A DNA stretch of 64,000 nucleotides from Octopus vulgaris (lineage: Eukaryota). The translations under genes and the position numbers were made by a program. The stretch is taken from contig OX597827.1 in NCBI GenBank assembly GCA_951406725.2, forward strand, positions 73,470,001-73,534,000, written 5' to 3'. The number at the start of each line of letters is the position of its first letter. The first letter of the stretch is position 1. This document shows, piece by piece, positions 47,831-62,231 of the stretch. The notes under the pieces are model-generated. The model was not told the origin of the DNA and made no database searches. It saw only the letters and a list, made by a program, of their open reading frames with translations.

Positions 47831-49754
47831 AGAAGACTCGAAAGTGCATATTCTCAGAAAATATTCTGAATCTGTTTTATTTTCACTTCTCAGAATGTAT
47901 GAGGAGCAATATGTTCGCGGGTTATTAACATCACGCCTTAGAGAATGAATAAGATGACAGAATATCATCAAATTTATACAAAAATGTTTGATTAAATATT
48001 CTTCTTCCTCTCTTTTTCTTTCCTTTTCTTCTGTCGTCTTATTTTTTCTGTCTTTTTCTTTTCGCCTGTTATAAAATTGTAACTTAAAAACTGATGATGT
48101 CCTTCCATCAATGTGTGGACGCTGGTTGCTCTCATTCACACTTAACGTTTAAATTTCTGTAATTTTAATTTTTATCACTTCCTATTTTGAACATGACAAA
48201 GACAGACTTACTGTTGAAATATCGTTCAAATAATAAGATATCTTACAATCGAATCGTGCCCTTCGTCTTCATCATCATCATCATCATCATCATCATTATT
48301 ATTATTATTATTGCTATTATTATTGCTTAATAGATTAATATATAATGTCAGTCAGGCGGACAAATTGACAGGTATATACATACCTGAGTGCAAAGCATTT
48401 AATATAGAGCGCAAAGGAAATCAATTAAAATGATCGTGGTAATGAACTGAAGAAAGGATAGGCATTATGCCTAACGTTAACAGAATCCGTTCATGGCAAA
48501 GTGTTGACTACTTCAAAATTTAAATAACTGAAATTTATGTGCAATATGAAAATATAAAGTGATGATAATAATGTTTGATTAAATATTCTTCTTCCTCTCT
48601 TTCATCTTTCCTTTCTCATTCTTAATATTATATTTGAATCTGATCTTTGGACTTCATAATAGTAACTCTGGACATGTTTCAATATAGTTAGACCTGCTTA
48701 GAGAAACGAAGATATTTTCAGAACTAAGGGTATTGAATAACTATATCTTTAAAAAATGTACACCTATTGGGGTGACAATTCAGTATAATGACTGAGGCAA
48801 ACTACCTAGGGACGCCATCCAAATGACACATAATACATAACTTCCAATGTATTTCATTATGATTGCAGAGAATTTTGCTTAATTGTAAATTTCCTTAAAA
48901 TGAGGAGAAAAGAGAAGCTCAATGGATAAAGTTAGTGACAGTTGGTTTGGCAAATGTTTGTAACTGCAAGAAACAAGCATAATAGGCAAGTAAACAATCA
49001 CAGAAACGGCCAGAGAGTCTTATAGAGAGCCACATGGACAAGCTGATAAATAACGACGTAGACGAGGTTCGTATACTTAGGCATATCCGTCATTTTTCTA
49101 TATGTCCCCTCGTATAATCTATATATCGACTACATTCTATAATTGGTATATAGGTTACCTTGCATGACAGATTGTTTTTTTTAACGGCGGTGCATCAGCA
49201 TGACCGCAGCTCTGAGCTGAACCAAAAAAGAAATATCATACTTATACCTGCCACATTGGGTGTAATCTTTCGATGTTCTTTTATGGGGTCGTATAACTGC
49301 CTTTGCAACAATTAATCAATATTCTTACTTACCTTGAGTGTATGGCAAATTTTTTATTGAACTGCTCGTTTTGATGGGTTCTTAGCATGTTACTTAGTTT
49401 TAAAACATCGGCACATGATGGATAATTTTCATCCACCCATATGGTAACCAGGAAGTGACTGATCTCATATTCTTCGATCCTCGACTATAATATGAAAACA
49501 GAAATAATGAACATAATGTGAATCAAAGCCGAAAGAAAATGCTTAGGTTATATTTTCTGGTTTGGTTAAGTCGCATTTGTTAGAGTTTGATTAAAACCGA
49601 ATAGATTAAACCGCATTTGTTAGAGAATGTGAGGAATGAAAGGCCAATGATAATAGAGTTATAGGTAGTTGTAAGTTATGATTACCAATCAGCTTATTGA
49701 ATGCTATATAATAGTTCAATAACATAAGTTTACTAGATTATTGTATTTATCCTT

Positions 49755-49758
49755 AATA

Positions 49759-49813
<55 letters not shown>
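49755..49813. repeat. (TAA)n-(GAT)n microsatellite at the 5' flank of an R4/Dong element
   Basis: Directly visible. Confidence 0.92.
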
Positions 49814-49814
<1 letters not shown>

Positions 49815-52800
49815 ATATCAGCTGCGGAGAACTGAATACTGGGTTTAGTGTCCAGAGCAGGATAGCCTACTTAAACTTCTCAGGGAAGAAGAGCCACTTT
49901 TAGTCTTTTTATACAAGCCCCTCTAGAGATGGTGTCTCAATAAAAATACTGCTGGTTGCGACACGTTATCAAGACTTTCCTCTGCATGAGAGTGTGTAAT
50001 AGAATTAACCTAAACAAAAATGTAAATGAGGACGGAAATACAAGTGACGGAATTTCGCCCAGCAGGTGCCCTGTGAGTGAGCAACACAGAACCGGTCGTC
50101 ATTATACGTTTGCTGGAACAAAATGGTCTAAGACGATGAATATAGACTTCATGGAATGTTATTTTTTTAATAGACCTACTGATAATGAAGGGAGCTCCAT
50201 CAGAGGATATAGAAAAAGAGTGCATAAATTATGGATGGAGAAGCAGGGGTCAACATTACGAAACAGAGACTCTGTGACCATGCAAGAGCAATGAAATGAA
50301 AGGATGGCTGACAGTACTAGAGCTTGATGAGATTAGGAGGTGGGTGATAACCAAAAACATGGGGAGCGATGCAAAAGTAGATACAAAGAATGCTGACGAT
50401 GCTGCACTTAATGAGAGTAACCGAGAGAAGTATAATGTTTCCAGCCCTGAGTGTAGAGAAAGACTAAATAATGAAGACAAGAGAATGATTGAAGAAATTA
50501 CCAGTATCATTGAGGAAAACCTGGATATAGAAATAAGTGGATTCAGGAATGTAGATAGAAATTTGCTCAGACGGTGGACCCTTAAGGTGAATAAAATACT
50601 GAAAGAAATCAAGACGAATAATATAACCGGAATGAATATATTGATTAAAGCTTGCATCATCTATATAGGAAATTCAGTAGGCCTCGAACCAAACCGTAAA
50701 TGTGGGAACGAAGGAAAAGAACATTGGTGGAAAAGAAGAATAAAATAATCAATGAACTAACTGTGAAGAAATATCAACATCTTGTAACGAAAGAAAAACA
50801 AAAGTGAAATCAAGAGGGAAAAGAAATATGAGAAGCTAAAGCATAGATATAGGATAAAGAAAAAGGAGCTAAACGAAATCCTTGAAGAGCTGGAACTAAG
50901 AATGCAGGCTAAAGCAACAAAGATCAAGAGATATGACCAAAGAATTGAACAATATAAAATCAACAGATCGTTCCAACGGGAGAGAAAAAGGGTTTATCAA
51001 CAGCTGAATGGAAAGGTTTACAGCAGTGAAAGCCCAGACGCTGAAGAAAGTAAAAGGTCTTAGAGTAACATCTGGGATAATGGAAGAAATCATAACAAAG
51101 TTGCTAAATGGTTGAAGGAATTAAGGTCGGAAAAATATGAAGTGAAACAGCACTATAAGAATAACGACTGAAAATGGTAACCGGACAGACAACAAAGATC
51201 CCAAACTGAAAGTGCCCAGGACTAGATGGGAAACAAAGATATTGGCTGCAAAATTTCCCAGCACTAAACAGAAGAGTAGCCATGCAAATGGATAAGATGA
51301 TCAACAACGGTGTACAAATCCCAAAGTGGCTGACCAAATGTAAAACAATTCTTTGCCAAAAGGATCCCAGAAAAAGCAATGCAGTTGATAGTTACCTGTC
51401 TGCCCCTGGTGAGGACGCAGATGACAGGAATAATATCTAATTATGTGCATAACTGCATGGAAATGAATGACAAAATGCCTGTGGAGCAGAAAGGATGCAG
51501 AAGGAAAAGCCGAGAGACAAAGAACTAACTTCTGATAGATAGAATGGTACTGAGCGACTGCAAGAAAAGATTTACTAATCTGGGCATGGTGTGGATTGAG
51601 TATACGAAAGCGTATGACATGGTCCCCCATTCCTAGATTTTAGAAAGTCTTGAACTACTACAGGTGTCTGATAATATATCAAATTATATTAGGAGGTCAA
51701 GGAAAACTGGAATGAAAAGTTAACTTCATGTGGAAAACGTTTGGCGACGGGTAACGTCAAGAGAGGCATATTTCAAGGAGATGACCTACCATCATTCCTT
51801 TTTGTGATTTGTATGATACCCTTCACATAGATACTATGGTAAGTGACATCAGGATACACCTTTAAAGGGGAGGAAAATTAAATCATCTGTTATATATATG
51901 GATGATTTAAAGATCTTTGGAAAGACCGAACGTCAAATAAACGACCTAGTTTCAACGGCGCAGATATTCAGTAAGGATATCGGAATGGAATTTGGGGCTA
52001 AAAAGTATGGTATGCTTATAATGCAAAGAGGCATGTAATCCGTCTGATGATGTAGAACTACCCACCGGCAAGAAAATGATATTGATACTAATGGCTATAA
52101 ATAATCCGGGGATTTTAAAATACAACAAAATCAAGGAAAGTGAAATGAAGGAAAGCTTTAGGTAAGAATATCTCAAATTAATTATGGAAAGTAGACTCAA
52201 TGGAAAAAATTAAAATCGGGGTAATGAACATAAGGCACAAAGAGATACGGCTCAGGTGATGTTAGGTGGATAAAGAATGATCTTGATGAAATAGACAGTA
52301 AAACCAGGAAAGTGATGACAACAAGGAACTATACCCCAAAAGCAATAATGACAGAGTGTATGTGCCTAGAAACGGAAGGAAGAGGTCTCATAGGATACAA
52401 GACCTGTGTTATCAACGAGATGGGATGGTACATCAATCAGCAAAGTGAATTCTTGCTTGCCGCTGTTAGAATTAACAATATAATACCTACCGAAAATTTA
52501 TGAAGCAAGATGAAGAAGAAAGTGTAAACAACTGGAAAATGTAACAACCACATGGGCAATACTTCAGGGAAATCGAAAGAAAAAAAAGATCCACCCTTAG
52601 AGATGGTTAAGGAAAAGTGATCTGCAGCAAGGTGGAGCGAAACAATTACTTTTTGCACAGATTTTTGAAACATACTTTTATTACGAAATCCATCCATTAA
52701 AACAGTTGTGTTAAAATCTGATATTCTTAAAATTACGACTTTACGATGGCACATTTTTTCTATTTTTCACAGATTTCAGTAATGCTTGATAAATGTTTAA

Positions 52801-54355
52801 GATTTTCGGCTTAACTGACTCAATCGTAACTTAAAGGATAGATGCCTTTTGCCAAAGAAGAATGATTTTTGCTGCTACAATCTTGACAATTTATTTAATA
52901 CAAGGAGCTTTCTTAACTACATTCTTTTCGTTTTCTAGTTCAAATAAAACACATTTTAGTACTTCTTTCTAAGTTAGCAAAACTCGCTCGCTAAGATCAC
53001 ATGGAGTAACAAATATTGGGCATTCAGTATAATGACGCGTTATTGGCATATGAGTCATCACTAAATGTAAAATACACTGAATTTCACATGATCATCAATT
53101 TTAACAGAATGGCCTAAAGTCAAGGTACAAAGCAGAAAACTTCACACACGTACGACCTACGTCCACACGCAAGGACCGTTGCAGCGGCACTGAAGAGAAG
53201 TTCACACTCCCGTTCTCTTTATAGTCAAAGAACATCAAAAGATTATTCAATTGTATTGAAACTTGGTATGCAACCTCTTAAGGATACAATATTTACTGTT
53301 TTGCATTCAGCTATGTAGAAATATGTATTCGTTGCGACTTGTAATCTATGAAATCCAAAATTATACCAAATAATGCGATTTTTTAAAAATTTTCAATTGC
53401 GTTACGGAGCCTGAAAACAATATTTAACCGCAAAGTTCTTTATACGCTTTTCCGCTTTTCTTTTAACCCTAATTCAGAACAAAATATCGATTCTTGATTA
53501 CCTATTCCGAAAGTTGCATTTTTCACTCCACCTTAATATGCATCACCCTTGAACAAGCTCTGAGAACTAATTACATCAAGTTCCAAATATATAAGATTAG
53601 CGAATCGCCTCTTTTGTAGGATGTGTAGCAGCAGAAAAGAAACAATCTCACATATTGTGAGTTAGTTTAGCAAGCTGACCGAAAAGCACTACAACTGGAG
53701 GCACGATAATGTAGCTAAGTTCGTCCGCTGGAGGAGATGTGAGAATAAGGCCTGAACAGAGTACGGAAATGGTACGAACATGTACCAGAAGGAGTCACCA
53801 CCGAGAACAATGGACATAAGATACTGGGAAATTTTATAATCCAATGTGACTCCCTAATTGAGCCTCGGAGATTAGATATTGTTGTGGTAGATAAAGGAAA
53901 AAAGGAAACCAAGGTTATAGATATTGCAATACCTGGAGATGCATTCATAAATGGCGTAGAACTAGAAAAGATTGAAAACTACAGACTACGAACAGACGAA
54001 ACTTCAAGAATGTAGACTATGAAGAGAGTGTCTCTCATTCCAATATTTGTAGGGGCACTCGGAGCACTACCAACCAAGTTAGAGAAACATGTCAAAGAAA
54101 TCGGAATTGAGATGAGAGCAGAGCAATCCCCAAACACCGCTCATTTAAACTGTGGTACTAGGATGTTAAATTCTCCCACGATAGTTAACAATTAAGTACC
54201 ACAACTTAAATGTGTGGAAAGGGACCCTGTGACACCTCTGACAGCAGGCTGCTATCCACTCTCACAGAAGATACCAGAACAAACAAGACCGAAAGTTCCG
54301 AGAAGTAAACAAAAACCAAAAAGAACAATAGCAACAACAACAATAATGATAATGA
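49815..54355 (+). mobile_element. near full-length decayed R4/Dong-type RLE retrotransposon, interrupted at 52631-53532
   Basis: KWSKTMN..MECYF, WIEYTKAYDMVPHS, RGIFQGDD, MDDLKIFGK, GMEFGAKK, EQALRTNYIK, CRMC..ETISHIVS, RHDNVA, RRLDIVVVDK..IDIAIP; ends in (AAC/AAT)n. Confidence 0.85.
52631..53532. mobile_element. non-autonomous TIR element, Kolobok-like
   Basis: TIR GGTGGAG(C/T)GAAA at both ends; TTAA at the right flank (left flank GCAA); splits the R4 coding sequence. Confidence 0.6.
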
Positions 54356-54364
54356 CGAGCAACT

Positions 54365-55100
54365 ACGGAGCAGTAATTGTAAAACAGTTCAGTGATGACA
54401 TCAGATGGAATTTGCCTTAGATAAATGTGCACAAGCTACTTTTATTAGAGGGAAAATTACTGAAACATCCATCATTAAACTTGACCAAGAGAATATCATA
54501 AAGGAGTTAGAATTAGAGGGGACTAAAAACATCTAGGGGTGCTTGAAGATTATGCAATTAAACATTCAATGATGAAGGAAAATATCAGGAAAGTGTTATC
54601 GAAAGGTAAGGGCAATGCTCGATACAGAGCTGATGAAAGAAACAAGAGAGAAACGATCAAAACATGAACCAGATAGGAAATTAATTACAGTTTCAATATT
54701 AATTTATTGAAATATGTAAGCTTGAGAGAAAAATAAGCAAAGTTTACAATGAAAAGAATGCACAACCCTAAGGCAGATGTAGAAAACTTTACTTGCCAAG
54801 AAAAGAAGGTGGCCGTGGACTCTGACAACTGCAATTGACAATGAAGGTTTATACAATTGGCCTAAAAAGTTGTCTGAAAATTTCTGATTTGTGAATGCTA
54901 AAACGCGTCTCAAAACAAAAGAACCGCATACTCAAAAAAGAAAAAAAGAAAAGGAAAAGAAAAGAAAAACAAAACAGGCAAGGAAATATCTAAGCGAATT
55001 CCAAATAGAACAAATCCCAGAATCAGACGTACTGGAAGTAAGCACAGAAAGAAGCTAGGCGTATGAAAACCATTGCTAAAGCTGATCATAGAACATTTAA
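54365..55100 (+). mobile_element. additional decayed R4/Dong-type fragment
   Basis: VKQFSDDIR..DKCAQATF and MHNPKADVE..L..KEGGRGL-like remnants, following the tail of the previous element. Confidence 0.6.
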
Positions 55101-56112
55101 GTTTGCAAGTGATGCAACGTAGAACTACAGAAGTGTTTTGGGAGTAGATTACGGATAACGGCTTCAAAATATAGTTGTTTTTCTTGAAAGCGAAATTTCT
55201 TGTCAGAATCAGCCACATAAATCGTGTAAGGAAATTGAAGGTAGACGTTGAAACTGTCTCTCTACGTGTTTATTTTATTAAACAGCTGAGGGAGCTGTTT
55301 TTTCGGAGAGAAGTATGATTGGTACGTTAAAAAATGTCAATATAATACCTACTTGAAAAAGTAGAATTGAAGGAGTGTATTTACTACATGCTTACAGTGA
55401 CTTTAAAATTCACTTCAGGTAACGAAAAATGAAGACATGAAGAGCTTGAATTCAGTTCACGAATACTGCTTTGAATCTTTAGCAGTTCGCAGTGAAATGA
55501 TGTCGCGTTAAAAGGCGTACAGATAATTGTGAAGTTGTAATGACGGTGAAAGTAAGAAGGATACAGATATATAAGTAGTCAAAGTAACCAGCATGTGTGG
55601 TAGCACTGAAGCAGTGTATTTTGAAAATGATTGAATAAATTTGACTATATTATTTCATGCCTAAAGATCAGATAGTTGTGTGTGTGTGCACACACACACA
55701 CACACACCTACACATCGTTATTTAACATCTCCTTTCTATGTTGATAAGTGTTGATCTCTTTGGCAGGAACGTGGCGAGCTGCAGGAATGCGTCGAGTTCT
55801 GAAGCTATTTTTGGAATAGTTTCTACGGCTAGATGACATTCCTAACGCCAACCACTTTATAGAAAGTAATGTGTGCTTCTTCCTTGCCAGTAGTATTAGC
55901 GAGGCTTCCATGTAACTTGCAAGACATCAAAGAACAGAAGAAAATGAAAGGAAAAATGCTGCCACAAATGCATAGTGCAGAGTGGTGCCATTTTTTCAGA
56001 GTTGTGTATATCTATAAATTTTAACAGTTGGTTAGTTATTTTTCTGCACCTTTTATAATCATTCATATAGTTATTATTATAGGATTTGTTCTTTGTTTAT
56101 TTTCATCTCCAC

Positions 56113-56156
<44 letters not shown>

Positions 56157-56193
56157 AATAGAGTTGAACGAAGATGTTATTAAAATTCTTTTA

Positions 56194-56275
56194 CTTTCGA
56201 CATATGTTTCGAAGACTACATGGCTTCATTCCAAAGGAATAAACGGTGTAAAATGCAATCTTCTCATCAGGAAAG
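56194..56275 (-). ncRNA. type I hammerhead ribozyme
   Basis: rc reads CTTTC-CTGATGA-GAAGATTGCAT..ATGTAGTCTTC-GAAA-CATATG-TC-GAAAG: full core, 5-bp stem I, 11-bp stem II (3 G-U pairs), palindromic short stem III, GUC cleavage triplet. Confidence 0.8.
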
Positions 56276-56361
56276 AAAGAGAAGTTTGCTAACCTGGTAA
56301 CGGTTTATTGAATTTTCCATGTTAACGGTAAACAAAGGATAATTCATTCATCCATTTATAT

Positions 56362-57507
56362 ATTGGTCCAGGCCATGTCTAACTTAATAGCACCATCCGA
56401 TAGGATTATATAAATCCTGTTTAAGTCAAGTTTTGTTTATGGTCCATTCAAGTAGTGAGTTTTTGTTGGGTGAGTTGTGTCCAATTATGGGTGGCTTATC
56501 TGGTATTTCTTGAAGGAATCGATCCAGACTCCGTTTAAAGTTGATGGGATCCTTTTCCTCTTTGATCTCTTTTGGGACAATGTTAAATAGGGCAGGGCTG
56601 TTGAGGAAAAGAAATTATGTTGCAGTGTACATGTATGCTATGATCTTGAATTGGGTAGGGGACGTATGGCCCGTGGTCCCAGTCTTGGATGAACATTTAA
56701 GCTAATATTCAGGTCGTTTGGGAAAAGTTGGCGGTATATTCTCCACATCGTACAAATGATGTACCGCTCACGGCGACGCTGGAGAGAGTAGAGTTCCAAG
56801 GCTTTAAGGCAGTCCCAATAATCGAGAGCAGCCATGCCTTCAATTCGTTTAGTGAATGCCCTCTGGGGTGTTTCAAACCTCGAGATGCTTTGTCTTGTAT
56901 GGACAGCGGTATTCGAGGTGTGGCCGCACAAAGGAAGAAACAAGTGGTATGGTGACACCTTGTTCTCTGGACCGGAAAGTTCTTAAGATCCAAGAACTCA
57001 TCCTACGAGCTATATCGACCTTCTTGTTGATGTGTGCACTCCAACTGAGATCGTCATCAACAATTACACCCAGGTGTCTGATATTGTTAGAGGCTGTGAG
57101 CGGTTCCTCTGAAGGAAGAGAGTATGGCTGTTTTAGTGAGGAATTTCTTCCAAAATGCATTAGCTCAAATTTTCCCTCGTTCAGTTTCATTTTGTTTCTG
57201 TCTGCCCATTGACTCACAGCATATACATCAGACTGGAGTTGAGTTCGGTCTGCTTCTTCATTGATGATTTGCTGGAGCTTAGTGACATCAGCAAATATTT
57301 TCACTTTGCAGTCGTGTACGACACTGGAAAGTTCGTTTATGTAAATTATAAAGAGTAGCGGGCCCAAGACAGTCCCCTGGGGACACCGCTGGTGACTTTT
57401 GCTGGGCTTGAGTGGACTCCACCAACTACAGCATGTTGTGTTCTATTCGTCAGGAAATACTTAATCCAGTGTAGAAGTTTTCCACGGATTCCAACATTTG
57501 CCAATTT
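56362..57507 (-). mobile_element. 5'-truncated CR1-group LINE (LINE-C, relative of LINE-A), decayed
   Basis: [52 protein letters not shown]; 3' UTR GGTGCTATTAAGTTAGACATGGCCTGG identical to LINE-A; 5' end joins (TA)n. Confidence 0.88.
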
Positions 57508-57768
<261 letters not shown>

Positions 57769-59896
57769 CGAAATTGATTAAGATGTATATCCTTCTCTGG
57801 CGAACCTTTACATCAATATCTAGCATATTCTAGGTAAATGGTTGTCAATCTCTGGTGTATGATTATAATAGTTCTTATTTTTTTGTATTTCGTAATGCTA
57901 TAATAACATCCAGGTATCTAGTTTTATCCATTATTGTCTAAGACTGCGGTACCGAATACAATATTTTTGGTTGTTTCTCCCGAACATCAATATATTCTAC
58001 CGCTACATAACGTACCCTGTTTCATTGTATGATTTTTCTTGGTTTTCTCCACGTCGACAAAATGTAATTTTTGGGGTTGTTATCATGACTCAACAAACTA
58101 TAATAGAATATAATACAAATTGGAACGTAAGATATTGCTTTCATTATGCTATAATTTTCTTTTCAAAAGTGGAATCATATTATAAACGTCTGAAAAACTA
58201 AACACTTACCATTTTCTTGTTATGGAACCTAACCTTTAAAGCACTGTGTATACATATACCTTTATCCTCAACACTAACTAGTTCTATGAGATACTGACCC
58301 AGTTTAATTGATTCGTTCAGTGTTCTTGGCAAGTAATTAGGTGGATCCTATGTGGAGAAAAAGAAGACATATTAATATCAGTTAATATGTTATATGATAA
58401 GTGTGTTCATATATTTACAACCAAAGTTGGGAAATGTTTAATGCGGCAAAGTTCTACATTATATAGCTGACTGAATTGCTCCTTAAGTAGTCATGTCGTA
58501 ATATTAATTTGCTATTAAAAAAAAACTCCTCTCATATAACATACTCAGAAATCGTCCCACACCAATCAGAATATTATAAGTCATCAGCTATTATTTTGAA
58601 AAAAATTGTAATTTTTAATGGTTAATTAGACACTAGAAAATGTTTATAAATAGTACCAGAAAATATTTATAAAATACCAATATTTTCATATTGTAGCAAT
58701 AGTATGGGATTGACATATCTGTATGCGGGTATAACTTGAAGTGAATTAAGTCAATATCATGTTGGAAAGGAAAGCGTTTGACTATTTCGGGCAATGTACT
58801 TCTTCAGAAAAGAGAAAAAGAGGTGTGCCTCCTGTCTTATTGATACAGTTAAATACGGTATATACCTGTAACAGGACTTCCCCTCTAGACATAACTTTCT
58901 ATTTTGTTTTAGATCTGAATATTTGCAATCATTAAATGAGAGAACATCTCAATCAGAAAGAAAACACAACTTTTTCTCTTTACTGAAGAAGTACGTTGCC
59001 AGAAACATCAAACGCTTTCCTTTCCAACATGATATCGACTTAATTCACATCAAGTTATACCTTCATACAGTTATGTCAATCTCATACTATTGCAACAAAA
59101 TGAAAATATTGGTATTTTACAAAGGAGTATCTTATCTTTTTTCCCTTGGAAGTGTACCACTCTTTCTTGCTTTATGAATGTGGTTTCCTCTCACATTATT
59201 TCATCAATATATTTTGAAATTTCGTTTTACTTTTATAATTAGAATATTTTAAACATTTTCTGCTAGATATGTATTTTTGTTTCTTTTTTCTTAGTTTCCG
59301 CATTGCACTGCCTTTTTAATTTCTTCGTTTATAGCGAATTTTTTCTCACATCTCCCCTTTTCTCTCTCTATCTCTCTCTCTTTCCCCAGTTACTCTCTGC
59401 CGCTCTCTCTCAACAGGCTTCAGTCTGTCCTATTTTGCTAAAAGCACGTTTTCTGCGACTCAGACAGCGACTGATTGTCACTATCAAGTTCAATACCTTA
59501 AGAGGAAAAATTGTTTACAATAATCTCGTTCCTCGTGATGAACATTTTCATTTTTGACAGCCAAAACTTTGTCCTCAGAAGGAGTAGAAATATGTACGCT
59601 TATTTATTACCTCACAGTTATTGCTTCAGAACGTTCACTAAAATAATATTATTACACGTTTCTCCTGCCGACTGTGTATTGCATGTGAAAAGTTAAGTTA
59701 CTGTTCTTTCATTTATATTATTTTCTCTTTTCTTGGATCAGAATCATAATGAATAGACACGCCTATGCAACTTGCGTTTATGGGTCTTCATCTAAGCCTT
59801 AGTCTATTAATACTGGTTGACATGAAATTCTGGTAATATTCCAAAAATCTTACTACTACGTCCAACAGAACAACAATTAAAACAGTAATGACTACA

Positions 59897-59965
<69 letters not shown>

Positions 59966-60617
59966 CACACACACACAAACAAACACACGCACAAACAAAC
60001 ACACACACACACCTATATGGAGATTATACCACAGATTTCACCTAAATGTTGTGGACGGAGACACGATACGCCCTATATCTAAATAATTGATTCCAGACAT
60101 TTTTCTTTGAATAATAACATTGAACAGATTATTCAATGCTGATATACCTGGCCACTTTCACCTATACAATAAATTTACAACATGGTTACAGACAAGTTAT
60201 TCGCTTGTTTTATAGGAAACACTGAAACAACTAAGCACAAGCATCTTACATTGCATCCAAAATTAAAGCCGTTCAAACAATCGGCAATGATTCGTTTAGC
60301 GATAACCTATTACCAAGTAATTTTCAGATAACACATAACATTTAACACCCCTTTGTCTCTTCTGCTGTACTACAAGACATTCTGCTCTCTTGAATTAATA
60401 TCCTTCATCCGCTCTCCGCTTGTTCTCCTTTGAATGCATCTATATTTCTGCATTTCTTGTGTGAAATATGTAGTGTGTCAAGCAGTGTTTCACATTCTAA
60501 ACGTGCAAAATCCTTCGCCCAGTCCGTTCACTTTTCGGAAAACGTGCAAAGATCATTGGTTCTATTCATTCTTCTATAACTAAATTAATAAGAAAACAAG
60601 GTATTTGTTTTACTGAC

Positions 60618-62002
60618 CTTGCAGGTGGGCTGATTTTAAAAGGTATTTAAAGCTAAAAGTGTGATACAATCTACCGTACAACAAAGTATCTGTTGCCGTA
60701 ATTTACGTTTCTCAATAAATTTATTTTTTCAGTAATTGCAAGGTGGAAGAAGATAAAAATTGCTACTATTATTCCAAATCACTCCACTGTGATTCCCATA
60801 ATTCTGTGCACGCCGAGTACTGTGTATTCTAAGATGATGAAGGTGTGTGGCCTACTATTTTTTTTAATATGGACATAGTTTCTGTTCCAGACACGGGCGG
60901 ATTCTGGCCCCAGGGCTAAAGCAATTCATTTCCCATTGATCAAGTCTACACAACAGAAAATGAGTTACGTCTGAGGGGAAGTGGTTTCTTGTTGACTGTT
61001 TACCTAAAATATTGAAAACGCAAGACATCAAAAGTATCTAAGAGTCACAGCCCATTGTAGAAATCTGGGGTGGATTTCGGTCGTATGAGTTGTAATTAAA
61101 TGTTTCTAATTTTGACACAAGGGCAGCAATTTTTAGGTGAAAAGTTAAATCATTAGAAAGACACCAGTACTTGACTAGTACTTTATTTTATCAACCCCAC
61201 AAGAATATCGAAGGCAAAGTTAATTTCAGTGATGTTTGAATACAGAATATAAAAGCAAGAACAAATACCATTAATCAGTTTGTCCGATATGCTAACGATT
61301 CCGCTTGTTCACCTCCTTATTTACTGTAATTAACTGTAATTAAATAACAATGATTTATTCCGTTTGGAGTAATGTAATGTATTTCATTTACTCCAGTTGC
61401 TGCTATTAACGTAGAACCTGTGACGTAATATAAAATATTCAGCTGTTACTGGCACAGCCTATCAACACATATTTATCTCAAAAGACGAGAATCCCTTAAA
61501 AGAGAGCGCTAACCAACCGGGACTGCGTGCTGGCCCTTTGTTCTTTGTTACCGCTTTAATTTCAGTTTGCATCCATAGAGTCCAGTTTTACTGCCCTTCC
61601 GATATACTATTGCTGATGTTTGATATTACAATTTTTTATAACATTTAGGAGATTAATATGGGGACACAACTCTACTAACAAAATCTGATAACTAACAACC
61701 TGAAATTCTCCGCCTAATATAAAGTTAGTATTAACGATCAAGCCATCAACTTTCAATTTGTACAGTGTCTCTAGAAAGAAACTGCTGGAATTATTACAAT
61801 TTGGACAATAAATTAGGAACAATGATAGTTATTGATAACTTTAAATATTGTGAAAACAAAGCATTTATAGACTTACCCCACTTGGATCAAAGAATGCTAC
61901 GATATTGAGATAACCTTTGTTGATCAGGCATTTCAGGAAATATACTGTTTTACCTTCTTCTGGTATTTCCGTTACAAGAAATTCATTTTCACATGAAGGC
62001 CC
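60618..62002 (-). pseudogene. putative decayed multi-exon gene (exons 61877-62002, 61392-61606, 60618-61003), possibly a Cys/Trp-containing membrane protein
   Basis: 61877-62002 is a stop-free 126-nt exon (GPSCENEFLV..FFDPSG) between tatatAG and GTAAGT. The next two blocks have AG/GT bounds but contain stops and frameshifts; hydrophobic FGIIVAIFIFFHLAI in the third. Confidence 0.4.
61105..61318 (-). mobile_element. diverged SINE (second family)
   Basis: CCAGTACTTGACTAGTACTTTATTTTATCAACCCC..GAAGGCAAAGT matches 2400-2480. Confidence 0.65.
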
Positions 62003-62231
62003 CTATATACATAAAAAAAACGAAAGATAATTATAAAACAAAGAAACCAAGCAAAGAAAAGGGAGAACTATTATCGCCTCATGTTGTATTATGTCTTACT
62101 GCAACAAAGTACCTTTTTTATGTGAGAGACGTCTTCCCAAAATCTCAAGTGTAGCACTAATATACGTACACACATACGATACAGTGTGATACAAATACAC
62201 ACAAGCTTACACACACACATGCATATATATA

